Below are positions 41,257-49,761 of a DNA stretch of 49,761 nucleotides, piece after piece. The stretch's first letter is position 1. The number at the start of each line of letters is the position of its first letter. A program made the translations under genes and the position numbers. The notes beneath the pieces are model-generated. The model was not told the DNA's origin. It searched no databases and worked only from the letters and a program-made list of their open reading frames with translations. Origin of the DNA: a virus; the IMG/VR virus record IMGVR_UViG_3300045972_000139, positions 1-49,761 of that record. One strand, given 5' to 3'.

Positions 41257-41543
41257 CGCAGCCTCAGGCCAAGCAGCCGCTCGACGACTCGTACGAGATG
41301 CGCGTCGGGTTCGACGGTGAGATCCGCGCGCGCGATGAGGGCGCTGACTCGTGCGAAGGCAGCGCCGAAGTACACGCGGCGGTGCAGTCGAGCATCGAAG
41401 TGCTCCGCATCCGCCACTGCGCCGTCCCCGGCTGCGAGTGGGCGAGCGTTGGGCACGCGCACTTGGTGCCGACGCCGGAGGTTCTAGACATCCGGCTCGG
41501 TATCGAAGGCGCGCGCGTCGAATCGCGGAGCGGCAAGCCATGA
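41253..41543 (+). CDS. Hypothetical protein with a Cys/His motif (HCAVPGCEW...GHAH)
   Basis: GTGA-coupled, high GC3. Confidence 0.55.
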   Translation: MTQPQAKQPLDDSYEMRVGFDGEIRARDEGADSCEGSAEVHAAVQSSIEVLRIRHCAVPGCEWASVGHAHLVPTPEVLDIRLGIEGARVESRSGKP

Positions 41544-41941
41544 CCGCCGCTGTCGCCAGGCTCTCACGCCTGGACTGCGTCATCCGACCGGGGCGACCCG
41601 ACGACCTGGCGTTCGTCGTCGACTCGTGGACGAAGCACGCCTACCGCGGGCAGCGGATGCGCACGGCGACCTCGCACGTCCGTGCGCTGCTCGCGCGCGC
41701 GACGTCGCGTCTCGTCGTGGCGCATGTGCCCGATGATCCGGAGTCGATCCTCGGATGGGTCGCCGGAGAGGCGGGGCCGCCGCTATGCATCCACTACGTG
41801 TACGTGCGAAGCCTTGCGCGGTCGCAAGGCGTCGCCACGGCGATGCTGGGCACCGTGGTGAACGACGCCGCGGACTACTCGACGCGCTACGCCGCGCCAC
41901 CGAAGGCGTGGACATACCGACCGGAGAGGGCGAAGACGTGA
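41540..41941 (+). CDS. GNAT-like acetyltransferase candidate
   Basis: 133 aa. The patterns IRPGRPDDLAFVVDSW and IHYVYVRSLARSQGVATAML are GNAT-like. ATGA overlap. Confidence 0.45.
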   Translation: MTAAVARLSRLDCVIRPGRPDDLAFVVDSWTKHAYRGQRMRTATSHVRALLARATSRLVVAHVPDDPESILGWVAGEAGPPLCIHYVYVRSLARSQGVATAMLGTVVNDAADYSTRYAAPPKAWTYRPERAKT

Positions 41942-42141
41942 AGCGCGCGATACCAATCTCGATCGACTCGTCGGCGTCATCCGATGGGCTCCGCGTCCAC
42001 GTGCGCCGTGGTGAACGCGACATCCGAACGGTGTCGGTCCCCGGCGAGATCATCCGGTCGGTGAATGCCGCAACGGGCATCGACCTTTTCCGCGCGGTCA
42101 TCGCAGAGATTGCCGACGCGCTCAGACAGGTACAGGAATGA
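41938..42141 (+). CDS. Small hypothetical protein (67 aa)
   Basis: GTG in a GTGA overlap. Confidence 0.5.
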   Translation: MKRAIPISIDSSASSDGLRVHVRRGERDIRTVSVPGEIIRSVNAATGIDLFRAVIAEIADALRQVQE

Positions 42142-42470
42142 CCAACACCAACGACACCCGCGGAGTCATCGACGGGAACGAAGCTACGACCGTTGCGAAG
42201 GCGCGCGATCGCCTCGCCGGGCGACGTGCGACTGCCATCGAGCAAGCGGCGAAGGCGTGCATCGTAGCCACGGGCACCGCGCAGAACCGCCACGTGCGGC
42301 GCAACAACCTGAGGCTCGCGCGTCTCGAGGTGAAGGCGCGGCGCAAGGCTGTCGCGAACGGAGAGACCGTGATGATCACCGACGCCGATGGCGCGGTGCG
42401 GTTCGAGCCGGTGACCGACGAGCACCTGCGCGCGATGAATCTGTCGAACGCCGAGACGGCGCACCGATGA
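42138..42470 (+). CDS. Hypothetical protein (110 aa)
   Basis: ATGA overlap. Balanced composition. Confidence 0.65.
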   Translation: MTNTNDTRGVIDGNEATTVAKARDRLAGRRATAIEQAAKACIVATGTAQNRHVRRNNLRLARLEVKARRKAVANGETVMITDADGAVRFEPVTDEHLRAMNLSNAETAHR

Positions 42471-42850
42471 GCCGCCACAACCCCTACCGAGCGCCCGCGG
42501 TCGCAACGTCTCCCGTCGTCTACGGCCCGCCGCCCGTCGCCGTGGCCCCCGTCGCCATCGCACCCGCGCCCGAAGCCGTCGTCGCCGCGCTCCTAGGCTC
42601 CGCACCGACCGACCCCACTCAGGAACCCGCCATCATGAAGTTCGCATCCGTACATCTCGACGTGAGCATCCCGCGTGTGAGCGCGGAGAAGGGCCTCGCG
42701 AACTCGGAGACGTCGTACTTCGACGTCGAGCGCAGCGGCGTGACCATCGAGCTCGACGTGGCCACGGGCCTCGTCAGGCTCAGCAAGAACGACGTGGAGG
42801 CCTTCGTGCCCGTGAGCAAGGTCACGCGCTTCGGAGCGCGCGTCTCGTGA
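42467..42850 (+). CDS. Hypothetical protein with a Pro/Ala/Val-rich N-terminus (127 aa)
   Basis: ATGA overlap. This is the protein-like part of ORF 42065..42850. Confidence 0.6.
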   Translation: MSRHNPYRAPAVATSPVVYGPPPVAVAPVAIAPAPEAVVAALLGSAPTDPTQEPAIMKFASVHLDVSIPRVSAEKGLANSETSYFDVERSGVTIELDVATGLVRLSKNDVEAFVPVSKVTRFGARVS

Positions 42851-43104
42851 CGCTCACCGAACTCGCCGCGAAGCTGGACGCCATCGAGGCCGCGGAGGGC
42901 GGCACCGTCACCCGCGCGACCATCGATACGCTCCGCGATGTGGCGACGGAGCTCCGCGCGCTAGGTGTCGCGTTGGTGGCGCCCGTCGCCGTGTCCGAGC
43001 CGCTGACGTTCCCCGGCTTCGGGACGAACTTCATCGACCTGGACCGCGTGCCCGAGCCTGTCACCGCATCCGACCCTGTACCCGAGTCGGCGCCCGTCGC
43101 CTGA
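42847..43104 (+). CDS. Hypothetical protein (85 aa)
   Basis: GTGA overlap. Its TGA stop is in the same frame as terL. Confidence 0.6.
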   Translation: MTLTELAAKLDAIEAAEGGTVTRATIDTLRDVATELRALGVALVAPVAVSEPLTFPGFGTNFIDLDRVPEPVTASDPVPESAPVA

Positions 43105-43257
43105 GGGCGACCGCGCTGCACACGGCTGGCTACCGACCGCAAGGCGCTGGAGGCGCTCGAAGCCATCGAGCGTGAGCAGCTCCGACGCGCAGGCGCGTCC
43201 GACGCGTCGGCGTTCGCGCGCACGGTCGGCATCGTCCCCGACGCGTGGCAGGAGCGC

Positions 43258-44535
43258 GTGCTTCGCTCGACGGGCAAGCGCATCCTACTGAACTGCTGCC
43301 GCCAGGCGGGCAAGAGCACGACCTTCGCGCTCCGCGCTCTGCACCGGGCGGTCTACCAGCCGAAGGCGCTGGTACTCATCGTGGCGCCGTCGTGGCGGCA
43401 GTCCGCGGAGGTACTCCGCAAGGTGCAAGACTTCCTCGGGGCGCTGCCCGTGCCTGTCCACCTCGACACGGACAGCAAGACCGAGGTGGCGCTCAAGAAT
43501 GGGAGCCGCATCGTGTCGCTCCCCGCGGGCGAGGCGAAGATCCGCGGCTTCTCCGCGGTCACGGAGTTGATCCTCGATGAGTCGGGCGACGTGCCTGACG
43601 AGCTCTACTACGCCGTCCTGCCGATGCTGATCATCAGCCGCGGCACGCTGCTCGCGGGCGGCACGCCGAAGGGCCGCCGCGGGTTCTTCTTCGACGCATG
43701 GGACAAGGGCGGCCCCGGATGGGACCGCATCGAGGCGCCTTGGAGCGCATGCCCGCGCATGCCCGCGGAGGAGATCGCAATCCAGCGCGCCGGTCTCAAG
43801 GAAAAATTTGCTCAGGAGTTTGAGTGCGCCTTCGTCAGCCTGTCGGGCGGTATGGTCTACGCGTCGTTCACCGAGGCGGAGTGCTGCATTGAAGCGCTGC
43901 CCACGGACGGCGCGTGGCACTACATGCTCAGCATCGACTTCGGATTTGTCGACGCGACGGCGTTCACGGTGCTCGGCTGGCGCGACAACGACCCGACGCT
44001 TTACGCCGTCTTGTCGTTCAAGGAAACGGGGCTGCACGCCGACAACATCGCGGAGCACATCCGAACGCTCCGCACGTCGTACGCGTTCAGCAAGATCATC
44101 GGCGACATCGGCGGGTACGGCAAAGGCCCTGCGATGGAGTTGCAGTCGCGGTACGGGCTGCACATCGAGGCCGCGCCGAAGACGGACAAGGCGGGGTTCA
44201 TCGACCTCATGAACGCGGCGTTCTCGCGCGGGACGATCAAGATCTACCGCGCCGCGAACAAGGGTCTCATCGACGAACTGCTCGCGCTCCCGTGGAACGA
44301 CGCGCGGACGAATCAGGCGGACGGGTACGAGGACCACACTAGCGATTCCTTGCTCTACGGGTTCCGCGCGGCGAGCGCGTACTTGCAGCGTCCGGTGGAC
44401 CCGAAGCCGACGACGCAGGCCGAGCAGATCACCGCGTACACGGCGAACGTATGGCGCGAGCACGAGGAGACGCTCCGCCGAAGCGCGCAACAGAACTACG
44501 AGCTTGGCTCGTCGTGGACAGGAGACGAGGCATGA
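43258..44535 (+). CDS. terL: Terminase large subunit. The true N-terminus may lie upstream of 43258.
   Basis: Walker A CCRQAGKST, Walker B LILDESGD, and a nuclease half SIDFGFVDATAF. GTG 43258 has an AGGAG 3 nt upstream. Confidence 0.85.
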   Translation: MLRSTGKRILLNCCRQAGKSTTFALRALHRAVYQPKALVLIVAPSWRQSAEVLRKVQDFLGALPVPVHLDTDSKTEVALKNGSRIVSLPAGEAKIRGFSAVTELILDESGDVPDELYYAVLPMLIISRGTLLAGGTPKGRRGFFFDAWDKGGPGWDRIEAPWSACPRMPAEEIAIQRAGLKEKFAQEFECAFVSLSGGMVYASFTEAECCIEALPTDGAWHYMLSIDFGFVDATAFTVLGWRDNDPTLYAVLSFKETGLHADNIAEHIRTLRTSYAFSKIIGDIGGYGKGPAMELQSRYGLHIEAAPKTDKAGFIDLMNAAFSRGTIKIYRAANKGLIDELLALPWNDARTNQADGYEDHTSDSLLYGFRAASAYLQRPVDPKPTTQAEQITAYTANVWREHEETLRRSAQQNYELGSSWTGDEA

Positions 44536-44723
44536 CCCACGAGGACCACGAGACGAGCATCGACCGACTGCGACCGCTGCTCGATGAGCTGTCATCGGGT
44601 CAGAGCGTTGTGGTGTGCGCGCTCGTTTGTTCGATGCTCGCCGACGCGTTCGACCGCGGGCGCGACGAAGGCAGGCTCAGCGCGTACGCCGCCATGCAGT
44701 CGTCGCTACGGAGGGAAGCATGA
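44532..44723 (+). CDS. Small hypothetical protein (63 aa)
   Basis: ATGA overlap. Confidence 0.5.
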   Translation: MTHEDHETSIDRLRPLLDELSSGQSVVVCALVCSMLADAFDRGRDEGRLSAYAAMQSSLRREA

Positions 44724-44875
44724 AGGTCACCATTCGAGTGAAGCGAAAGCACAAGACCGAACTGCGCACACTCATGCCTGGCGAGAAGTCGCGTGCGATC
44801 ATCACCGCGGCGCTCGCGCTGGGTCTGAGCATCATGCACGAGCGAGCGCAGGCGCGCCGAGCGGAGGCCAATTGA
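44720..44875 (+). CDS. Small basic protein (51 aa)
   Basis: ATGA overlap. Confidence 0.45.
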   Translation: MKVTIRVKRKHKTELRTLMPGEKSRAIITAALALGLSIMHERAQARRAEAN

Positions 44876-45087
44876 TCACCGCTGAAGAACTGGCCGCGTA
44901 CGTGTCCACACTCCAGGCCGCTGGAGTGACGGGGCGCGCGAAGATTGGCGACATCGAGATCACAATCCCGCCCGTCGTCGATGCGCGCGCTGCGGACGCG
45001 CCGAAGCGCAGCGCGAAAGCCGAATATGACAACCTCCTGTTCGCATGCACCGAGGGGCTGCGCGAGGAAGACGAGGCGCAGTCGTGA
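44872..45087 (+). CDS. Small hypothetical protein (71 aa)
   Basis: TTG in a TTGA overlap. Confidence 0.45.
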   Translation: MITAEELAAYVSTLQAAGVTGRAKIGDIEITIPPVVDARAADAPKRSAKAEYDNLLFACTEGLREEDEAQS

Positions 45088-45263
45088 GTTCCGATCCGTT
45101 CGCGACTGCATGCGACGCCGCGCGGGATGCCGCCGACGTTCGACGCGCTGAGTTCGACGACGTCTTGCGTCGATATGACGAGTACGTGATTCGCCTCGCC
45201 GCCGACATCATCGCCGTCGCCGATACCCTCCCCACCACTGAACCCGAGGTCACGATGACGTGA
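45084..45263 (+). CDS. Small hypothetical protein (59 aa)
   Basis: GTG in a GTGA overlap. Confidence 0.5.
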   Translation: MSSDPFATACDAARDAADVRRAEFDDVLRRYDEYVIRLAADIIAVADTLPTTEPEVTMT

Positions 45264-47173
45264 GCACCTACAATCCCGCTGAGTCTGGCAACGCCGACGT
45301 CTGTTGGTGGGCAGAGGAGAACGCCGATCGCCGCGCGAGCATCGTGACGGATGTGTCCGGGCGACTCTGGCGCGACCAAGCGACCACGCGCGAAGGCATG
45401 CTCCGCGCCGCGCGCATGTACGGCTCGCTGCCGATGATGGGGCTGAGCCCGCGGCTGTACCGGCAGCGCACGATGAGTCGAGGTCGACGGCTCGCGCTCA
45501 ACATCGTCAAGAGCGTCGTCAACACGTACGTGGCGATGGTCACGAAGGACCGGCCCAAAGTCTCGTTCGTGACGAGCGGCGGCGAGTACGAGCTCCAGCA
45601 GCGCGCGAAGCGGCTCGAGCGATTCGTCGACGGGACTTGCTACGACCAAGGGCTACACATCCAGGCGTACCAGTGCGTGCGCGACTCGGCGCTATTCACG
45701 TTCGGCATCGTGAAGTTCTTCAAGGACGTGACCGACCCGAAGAAGCCGCGCGTCGGCATCGAGCGCACGCTTCCGTGGGAGTGGCTGTTCGACGAACAGG
45801 AGGCCGCGGACGGCAAGCCGCAGAACGGCTACCACGTCAAGTTCATGGATAAGCGCTCGCTCGCGGCGTCGTATCCAGACCTCGCGGGCGACATCCTGGC
45901 GAACGCGAACGGAGGCGCGTTCGACGACATCGGAGAGAGCTTCGACCAGGTGAACACGGTGGAATGGTGTGTCGTCGTCGAGACGTGGCATCTGCCTCCG
46001 AACGCGGACACGCCAGGGCGACACGTCATCGCGTGCGTCGGCGTCGACAAGCCGCTCGTAGACGAGGAGTGGACGTGGCATCGGTTCCCCGCGGAGATTC
46101 TCTATCGCGAGCGGCCCATTCAGGGCATCCACGGCGAGAGTCTGGCCGACGAACTCGCGCCGATTCAGGTGGAACTATCGCGGCTGTTGATGAGCATCCA
46201 GCGCGCGCAGATGTACGCGGTGGGGCACTGGGTCGTTGAGCAGAACAGCGAAATCAACACCAACCAGATCGACGACGTGCAGGCGAGCATCATCCGCTAC
46301 CGCGGCACCGCGCCGACGTTCCACGCGCCGCAGACGGTGGCGAACGACGTATACGGGCACCTCGACAGACTATGGGGCCGCGGGTTCGAAGTCGTTGGTG
46401 TGCCGCAGATGAACGCGGCGGGGCAGAAGCCAGCCGGCATCGACTCGGGCAAGGGCCTGCTCGTGTACGCGGAGGTCACGAGCACGCGTTTCAAGCCGTG
46501 TTACGCGGAGTACCAGGACTGGTACATGCGCGTAGCGCAGCAAATCATCCACCTGGCGGCGGAGATTGCCGAGGACCATCCCGACTTCGCGGTGAAGGCC
46601 GGCGGCAAAACCATGGATGCCGTGAAGTGGGGCGACGTGCATCTCCGCGAGGAGGAGTACGTGCTGCAGATGTACCCGACGAACAAGCTCGCGGACGACC
46701 CCGCCGCGCGGCTGTCGCAGGTGCAGACGATGATCAACTCGGGAATGATTCCCGACATGCGAACGGGGCGCAGGCTGCTCGACATGCCCGACATGGATGC
46801 GTACGCGAGCGCCGAGGACGCCAGCTACGACAACGTGCAGGAGGCGATGACGCGCATCCTGGAGAAGTGCGAGAGCTTCCCCGCGGAGCCGCACATGGGC
46901 GTCGAAGGCCTGACCGAGGCCCTACGCATCGCTCAGCAGACCTTCCTCAAGGCGCGGCTTCAGACGATGTCGAAGAAGTCGGAGAAGCTCACGCTCCTCA
47001 CCGAGTGGATGGACAACTGCGCGGAGTTGCTGAAGCAAGCCATCGCCGCGCAGACGCCGCCCCCGCCGCCGGGCATGGGACCGGGAGGGCCGCAGTCAAT
47101 GCAACAGTCGATCGCCCACGATGTGCAGCGCATGCAGTCGCACCAAGCCGCGCAGAATTTGGTCGGCGCGTGA
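45260..47173 (+). CDS. Portal protein
   Basis: 637 aa, located between terL and the scaffold-like gene. The assignment rests on size and position. Confidence 0.75.
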   Translation: MSTYNPAESGNADVCWWAEENADRRASIVTDVSGRLWRDQATTREGMLRAARMYGSLPMMGLSPRLYRQRTMSRGRRLALNIVKSVVNTYVAMVTKDRPKVSFVTSGGEYELQQRAKRLERFVDGTCYDQGLHIQAYQCVRDSALFTFGIVKFFKDVTDPKKPRVGIERTLPWEWLFDEQEAADGKPQNGYHVKFMDKRSLAASYPDLAGDILANANGGAFDDIGESFDQVNTVEWCVVVETWHLPPNADTPGRHVIACVGVDKPLVDEEWTWHRFPAEILYRERPIQGIHGESLADELAPIQVELSRLLMSIQRAQMYAVGHWVVEQNSEINTNQIDDVQASIIRYRGTAPTFHAPQTVANDVYGHLDRLWGRGFEVVGVPQMNAAGQKPAGIDSGKGLLVYAEVTSTRFKPCYAEYQDWYMRVAQQIIHLAAEIAEDHPDFAVKAGGKTMDAVKWGDVHLREEEYVLQMYPTNKLADDPAARLSQVQTMINSGMIPDMRTGRRLLDMPDMDAYASAEDASYDNVQEAMTRILEKCESFPAEPHMGVEGLTEALRIAQQTFLKARLQTMSKKSEKLTLLTEWMDNCAELLKQAIAAQTPPPPPGMGPGGPQSMQQSIAHDVQRMQSHQAAQNLVGA

Positions 47174-47204
47174 CGCGCGGACCCACTGAGAAAGACAACG
47201 AGAC

Positions 47205-48176
47205 ATGAACCAACCGACCATCACCGAAGTCGCCGCTGCCAAGCCCGTGCTCACGGCATCCGAGCAGGGCGAGCCCACCGTCGAGGAACTCGCCGCGCTC
47301 ATCGATCCCGCCACCGCGGCGCCGCTCGAACCGTACGCGACAGATCTCGCCCCCGAAGCGCCGAAGCCCGCGGAGCCAGCCACCGCTGCGACGGACCCCG
47401 TCGAGTCCGCCGCCGACACCGCGGAGGCCGACGCGGCGCACGATCGCGCGCAGAAGGCCGCCGCGCGAGCTCGCGAGGGCTCGCGAAGGTACGCGGAGAC
47501 TCAGGCCGCGCTCCGCGAGCAACGCGCGCAGGTCCATCGCGCCGCGCATGACGCGGATGTGCTCCGCCGCGAGAACGCCGCAGCTCGTCAGCGGGAAGCC
47601 GGGCTGAAGGCGGACCCCTACAAGGCGCTGAAGGAACTCGGCATGACCGACGCCGACCTTGCGGCGCGCGCGATGCGCGAGAACACGCCGGAGGCGGTAA
47701 CGCAGCGGCTCGCTGACCAGCTTGCCGAGGAGCGCGCGGCCCGCGTGGCACTCGAGACGCGGCTGGCGAACGAGCGCGCGGCGTCGCACCAGGCGCAGGC
47801 GGAGGCCACGTTCACGCGCGTCGCGGATGACGAGGCGTCATACCCGAGGCTGTCGCAGCTCGCGACCAGCGCGCAGCTCACGGTCGCGAAGGCGGCGCTG
47901 CAGCAAATCTCGCGCAACGGCTACGACATCGGCGGGCTATCGGATGCGCAGGTGGCCGAAGCGTGCGAGGCGTACCTCGCGCCGAAGCGCGCCGCGAAGG
48001 TGGCGGCCGCGCCTACGCGCACCGCAGCGCCCACGACATCGGCGGCGAAGCCGAGCGGGCGCACTCTCACGAACGCGCAGGCGCAGACGCGCGTGGTCGC
48101 GCCCGCGTCGTGGGATTCGCTGAGCGAAGAGCAGCAACTCGCGCACATCGCGGCATCACTCCCGGAACCGACGTGA
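47205..48176 (+). CDS. Scaffolding protein candidate
   Basis: 323 aa, Ala/Glu/Arg-rich and helical, directly after the portal gene. Confidence 0.6.
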   Translation: MNQPTITEVAAAKPVLTASEQGEPTVEELAALIDPATAAPLEPYATDLAPEAPKPAEPATAATDPVESAADTAEADAAHDRAQKAAARAREGSRRYAETQAALREQRAQVHRAAHDADVLRRENAAARQREAGLKADPYKALKELGMTDADLAARAMRENTPEAVTQRLADQLAEERAARVALETRLANERAASHQAQAEATFTRVADDEASYPRLSQLATSAQLTVAKAALQQISRNGYDIGGLSDAQVAEACEAYLAPKRAAKVAAAPTRTAAPTTSAAKPSGRTLTNAQAQTRVVAPASWDSLSEEQQLAHIAASLPEPT

Positions 48177-48183
48177 GGACATC

Positions 48184-48639
48184 ATGAGCAAATCCGACCA
48201 GTGGGAGAGCGATCTCCTGAAGTTGTACCTCCAGAACGTCGCCGCAGCCGGCATCGGTGACGCTGGCGGGCTCCAGCCGAGCGCCGTCGCGGGCAGCGTC
48301 TACGTCGCGCTCCACACCGCGGACCCCGGCGAGGCGGGCACGCAGGCGACCAGCGAGGCGACGTACACCGGGTACGCGCGGCAGGCCGTGGTGCGCAGCG
48401 CGGTCGGCTGGACGGTCAGCGGTACGGCGCCATCGCAGGGCGTGAACGCGGGCGCAATCACCTTCCCCGCTTGCACCGCAGGCGGCGACACGCTGACCCA
48501 CTTCTCGGTGGGCGACTCCGCCTCGGGCGCCACTAAGTATCGCTACTCGGGCGCCATTACCGGGGCCCCCGTCGTCGTCTCGACGGTGAACACGCCGCCG
48601 ACCGTCGCCGCGGGCGCACTCGTCATCACGGAGGACTAA
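48184..48639 (+). CDS. Virion-associated hypothetical protein (YVALHT...GYARQ family pattern)
   Basis: GAGGA RBS. The pattern LLKLYL...VYVALHTADPGEAG...GYARQAV...ITFPA recurs in phage structural modules. Confidence 0.6.
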   Translation: MSKSDQWESDLLKLYLQNVAAAGIGDAGGLQPSAVAGSVYVALHTADPGEAGTQATSEATYTGYARQAVVRSAVGWTVSGTAPSQGVNAGAITFPACTAGGDTLTHFSVGDSASGATKYRYSGAITGAPVVVSTVNTPPTVAAGALVITED

Positions 48640-48980
48640 TGGGCGCGCAGGGCACCGCCACGATCGACTTCGGCGCGTTCCCTGGCGCGTCAGATACGAG
48701 CGTCGCCGTGGCGGCCGCGGGCATCCTTGCGGGCTCGCTCGTCGAGGCATGGCTCTACCCGACCGCGACCGCCGACCACTCCGCCGACGAGCACCTCGTC
48801 GAGCAGATCAAGGTGCGCGCGGGCGCGGTTGTCGCGGGCGTGGGGTTCACCATCTACGCGTTCTGCGACGCGCCTGCGCCTGGCGGCATCGACGGCCAGG
48901 AGGCGCGCGGGCAAGCCAATAGCGACTCGGGCAACGTACTGATCTACGGGCAGTGGACTGTCGCGTGGGTCTGGAACTGA
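48639..48980 (+). CDS. Virion-associated hypothetical protein (113 aa)
   Basis: TAATG junction. Balanced composition. Confidence 0.6.
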   Translation: MGAQGTATIDFGAFPGASDTSVAVAAAGILAGSLVEAWLYPTATADHSADEHLVEQIKVRAGAVVAGVGFTIYAFCDAPAPGGIDGQEARGQANSDSGNVLIYGQWTVAWVWN

Positions 48981-48989
48981 GAGGACATC

Positions 48990-49658
48990 ATGCCGCTTCA
49001 AATTCAGGGCAACGCAGGCGTCACCGCCGAGGTCGAGACGAACACGCGGGCGATCCGCACGACGCTGCGACCTATCGACGTGGGCGCGCTCGGGTCGTAC
49101 CGCGTCGCGGAGTTCTCGGGGCTCATGGCGACGATCGCCGCGAAGACGGCCACGGCGGGCCACATCTTCGCGTGGCGGTGGGGCGACGCCACGCGGTTCG
49201 CACTGCTCAAGTACCTCAAGATTCGATACTCGGTCGTCACCGGATTCACGGCGGCGCAAGAGCTTGGCTTCGACGCGATCATCGCGCGTGGGTACACGGT
49301 CAGTTCCTCGGCGGGCACGGCGATCACGCTTGGCGGCAACTCGATGAAGAAGCGCACGAGCATGGGTGCGTCACTTCTGACGGATGCGCGCATCGCTGCG
49401 GCGGTGGCGCTCACGGCTGGCACGCACACGCTCGACGGCCAGCCGATTGTCACGTCGGGGCGGCGCACGCTCGCCGCCGCGGCGACGGTCGAGGGTCTCG
49501 ACTTCGAGGAGGCGCTCGACCTCACCAACTCGGGTGACTACCCCTACGTCTTCGCCCAGAACGAGGGCATCATCGTGCGCAACAACATCCTGATGGGAGC
49601 GGGCGGCACGGTGCGTCTCCACGTCCAGATGGCATGGGACGAAGTGGCGGCGTACTGA
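48990..49658 (+). CDS. Virion-associated hypothetical protein (222 aa)
   Basis: GAGGACATCATG start context identical to that of 48184. Beta-rich composition. Confidence 0.6.
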   Translation: MPLQIQGNAGVTAEVETNTRAIRTTLRPIDVGALGSYRVAEFSGLMATIAAKTATAGHIFAWRWGDATRFALLKYLKIRYSVVTGFTAAQELGFDAIIARGYTVSSSAGTAITLGGNSMKKRTSMGASLLTDARIAAAVALTAGTHTLDGQPIVTSGRRTLAAAATVEGLDFEEALDLTNSGDYPYVFAQNEGIIVRNNILMGAGGTVRLHVQMAWDEVAAY

Positions 49659-49669
49659 GGTAGCGCGCC

Positions 49670-49761
49670 ATGTCGCTCCTCCTCGCGAGACTCGGCGGCG
49701 GGGGCGGCCCCACGCCGGTTGCCATCGCGGGGACGTCATCGGGGACGGGCGCGGCAACGGC
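49670..49761 (+). CDS. 5' part of the tandem-repeat protein gene, a duplicate of 36..127 created by the window overlap
   Basis: The sequence is identical to 36-127. Confidence 0.9.
   Translation, partial: MSLLLARLGGGGGPTPVAIAGTSSGTGAAT

Overview
The window is one complete, very GC-rich temperate phage genome, about 90 genes. Bases 1-127 are identical to 49635-49761, so it is a 49,634-bp circular or circularly permuted unit plus a 127-bp overlap.

Layout: a lambda-like switch sits at ~29.3-30.1 kb, with a cI-like XRE repressor, a cro-like gene and a duplicated promoter/operator module.
- Leftward arm (29.3 -> 19.1 kb): nine translationally coupled micro-genes; a recombination module (Cas4-like PD-(D/E)XK exonuclease, Sak4-like ATPase, DUF669-like protein); a large serine integrase; then an accessory island (HTH-T5orf172, GNAT, a (Gly-X)27 peptide gene, an aberrant tRNA-Thr, a Cys-rich protein).
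- Rightward arm: cro, KilA-N/P63C, a terminator, small genes, a sigma-r4-like HTH, SNF2 helicase, SPPF DNA methyltransferase, DEAH helicase, VRR-NUC nuclease and PrimPol/VirE primase.
- A ~330-bp structured non-coding region follows, then the late genes: TerS-like, TerL, portal, scaffold, an unusual insert, capsid, adaptor/nozzle-like proteins, three large internal virion proteins, fibre genes and a lysis cassette with a T4-type lysozyme. This order resembles T7-like podoviruses.

Observations most worth follow-up:
- an otherwise canonical tRNA-Thr(UGU) with a ~60-nt insertion in its D-loop;
- a strict (Gly-X)27 peptide ORF on 27 tandem hexamers;
- an inverted four-gene cassette plus a 20-residue tandem-repeat protein lying between scaffold and capsid genes;
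- the purine/pyrimidine-skewed, G4-containing intergenic region at 39.5-39.8 kb;
- a recurring GGTGCTCCCGTGA gene-junction motif.

Limits: all functional calls rest on motifs read by eye and on gene order. No database search was run. Most long Arg/Ala/Pro-rich alternative-frame ORFs in the track are treated as GC-driven artefacts.
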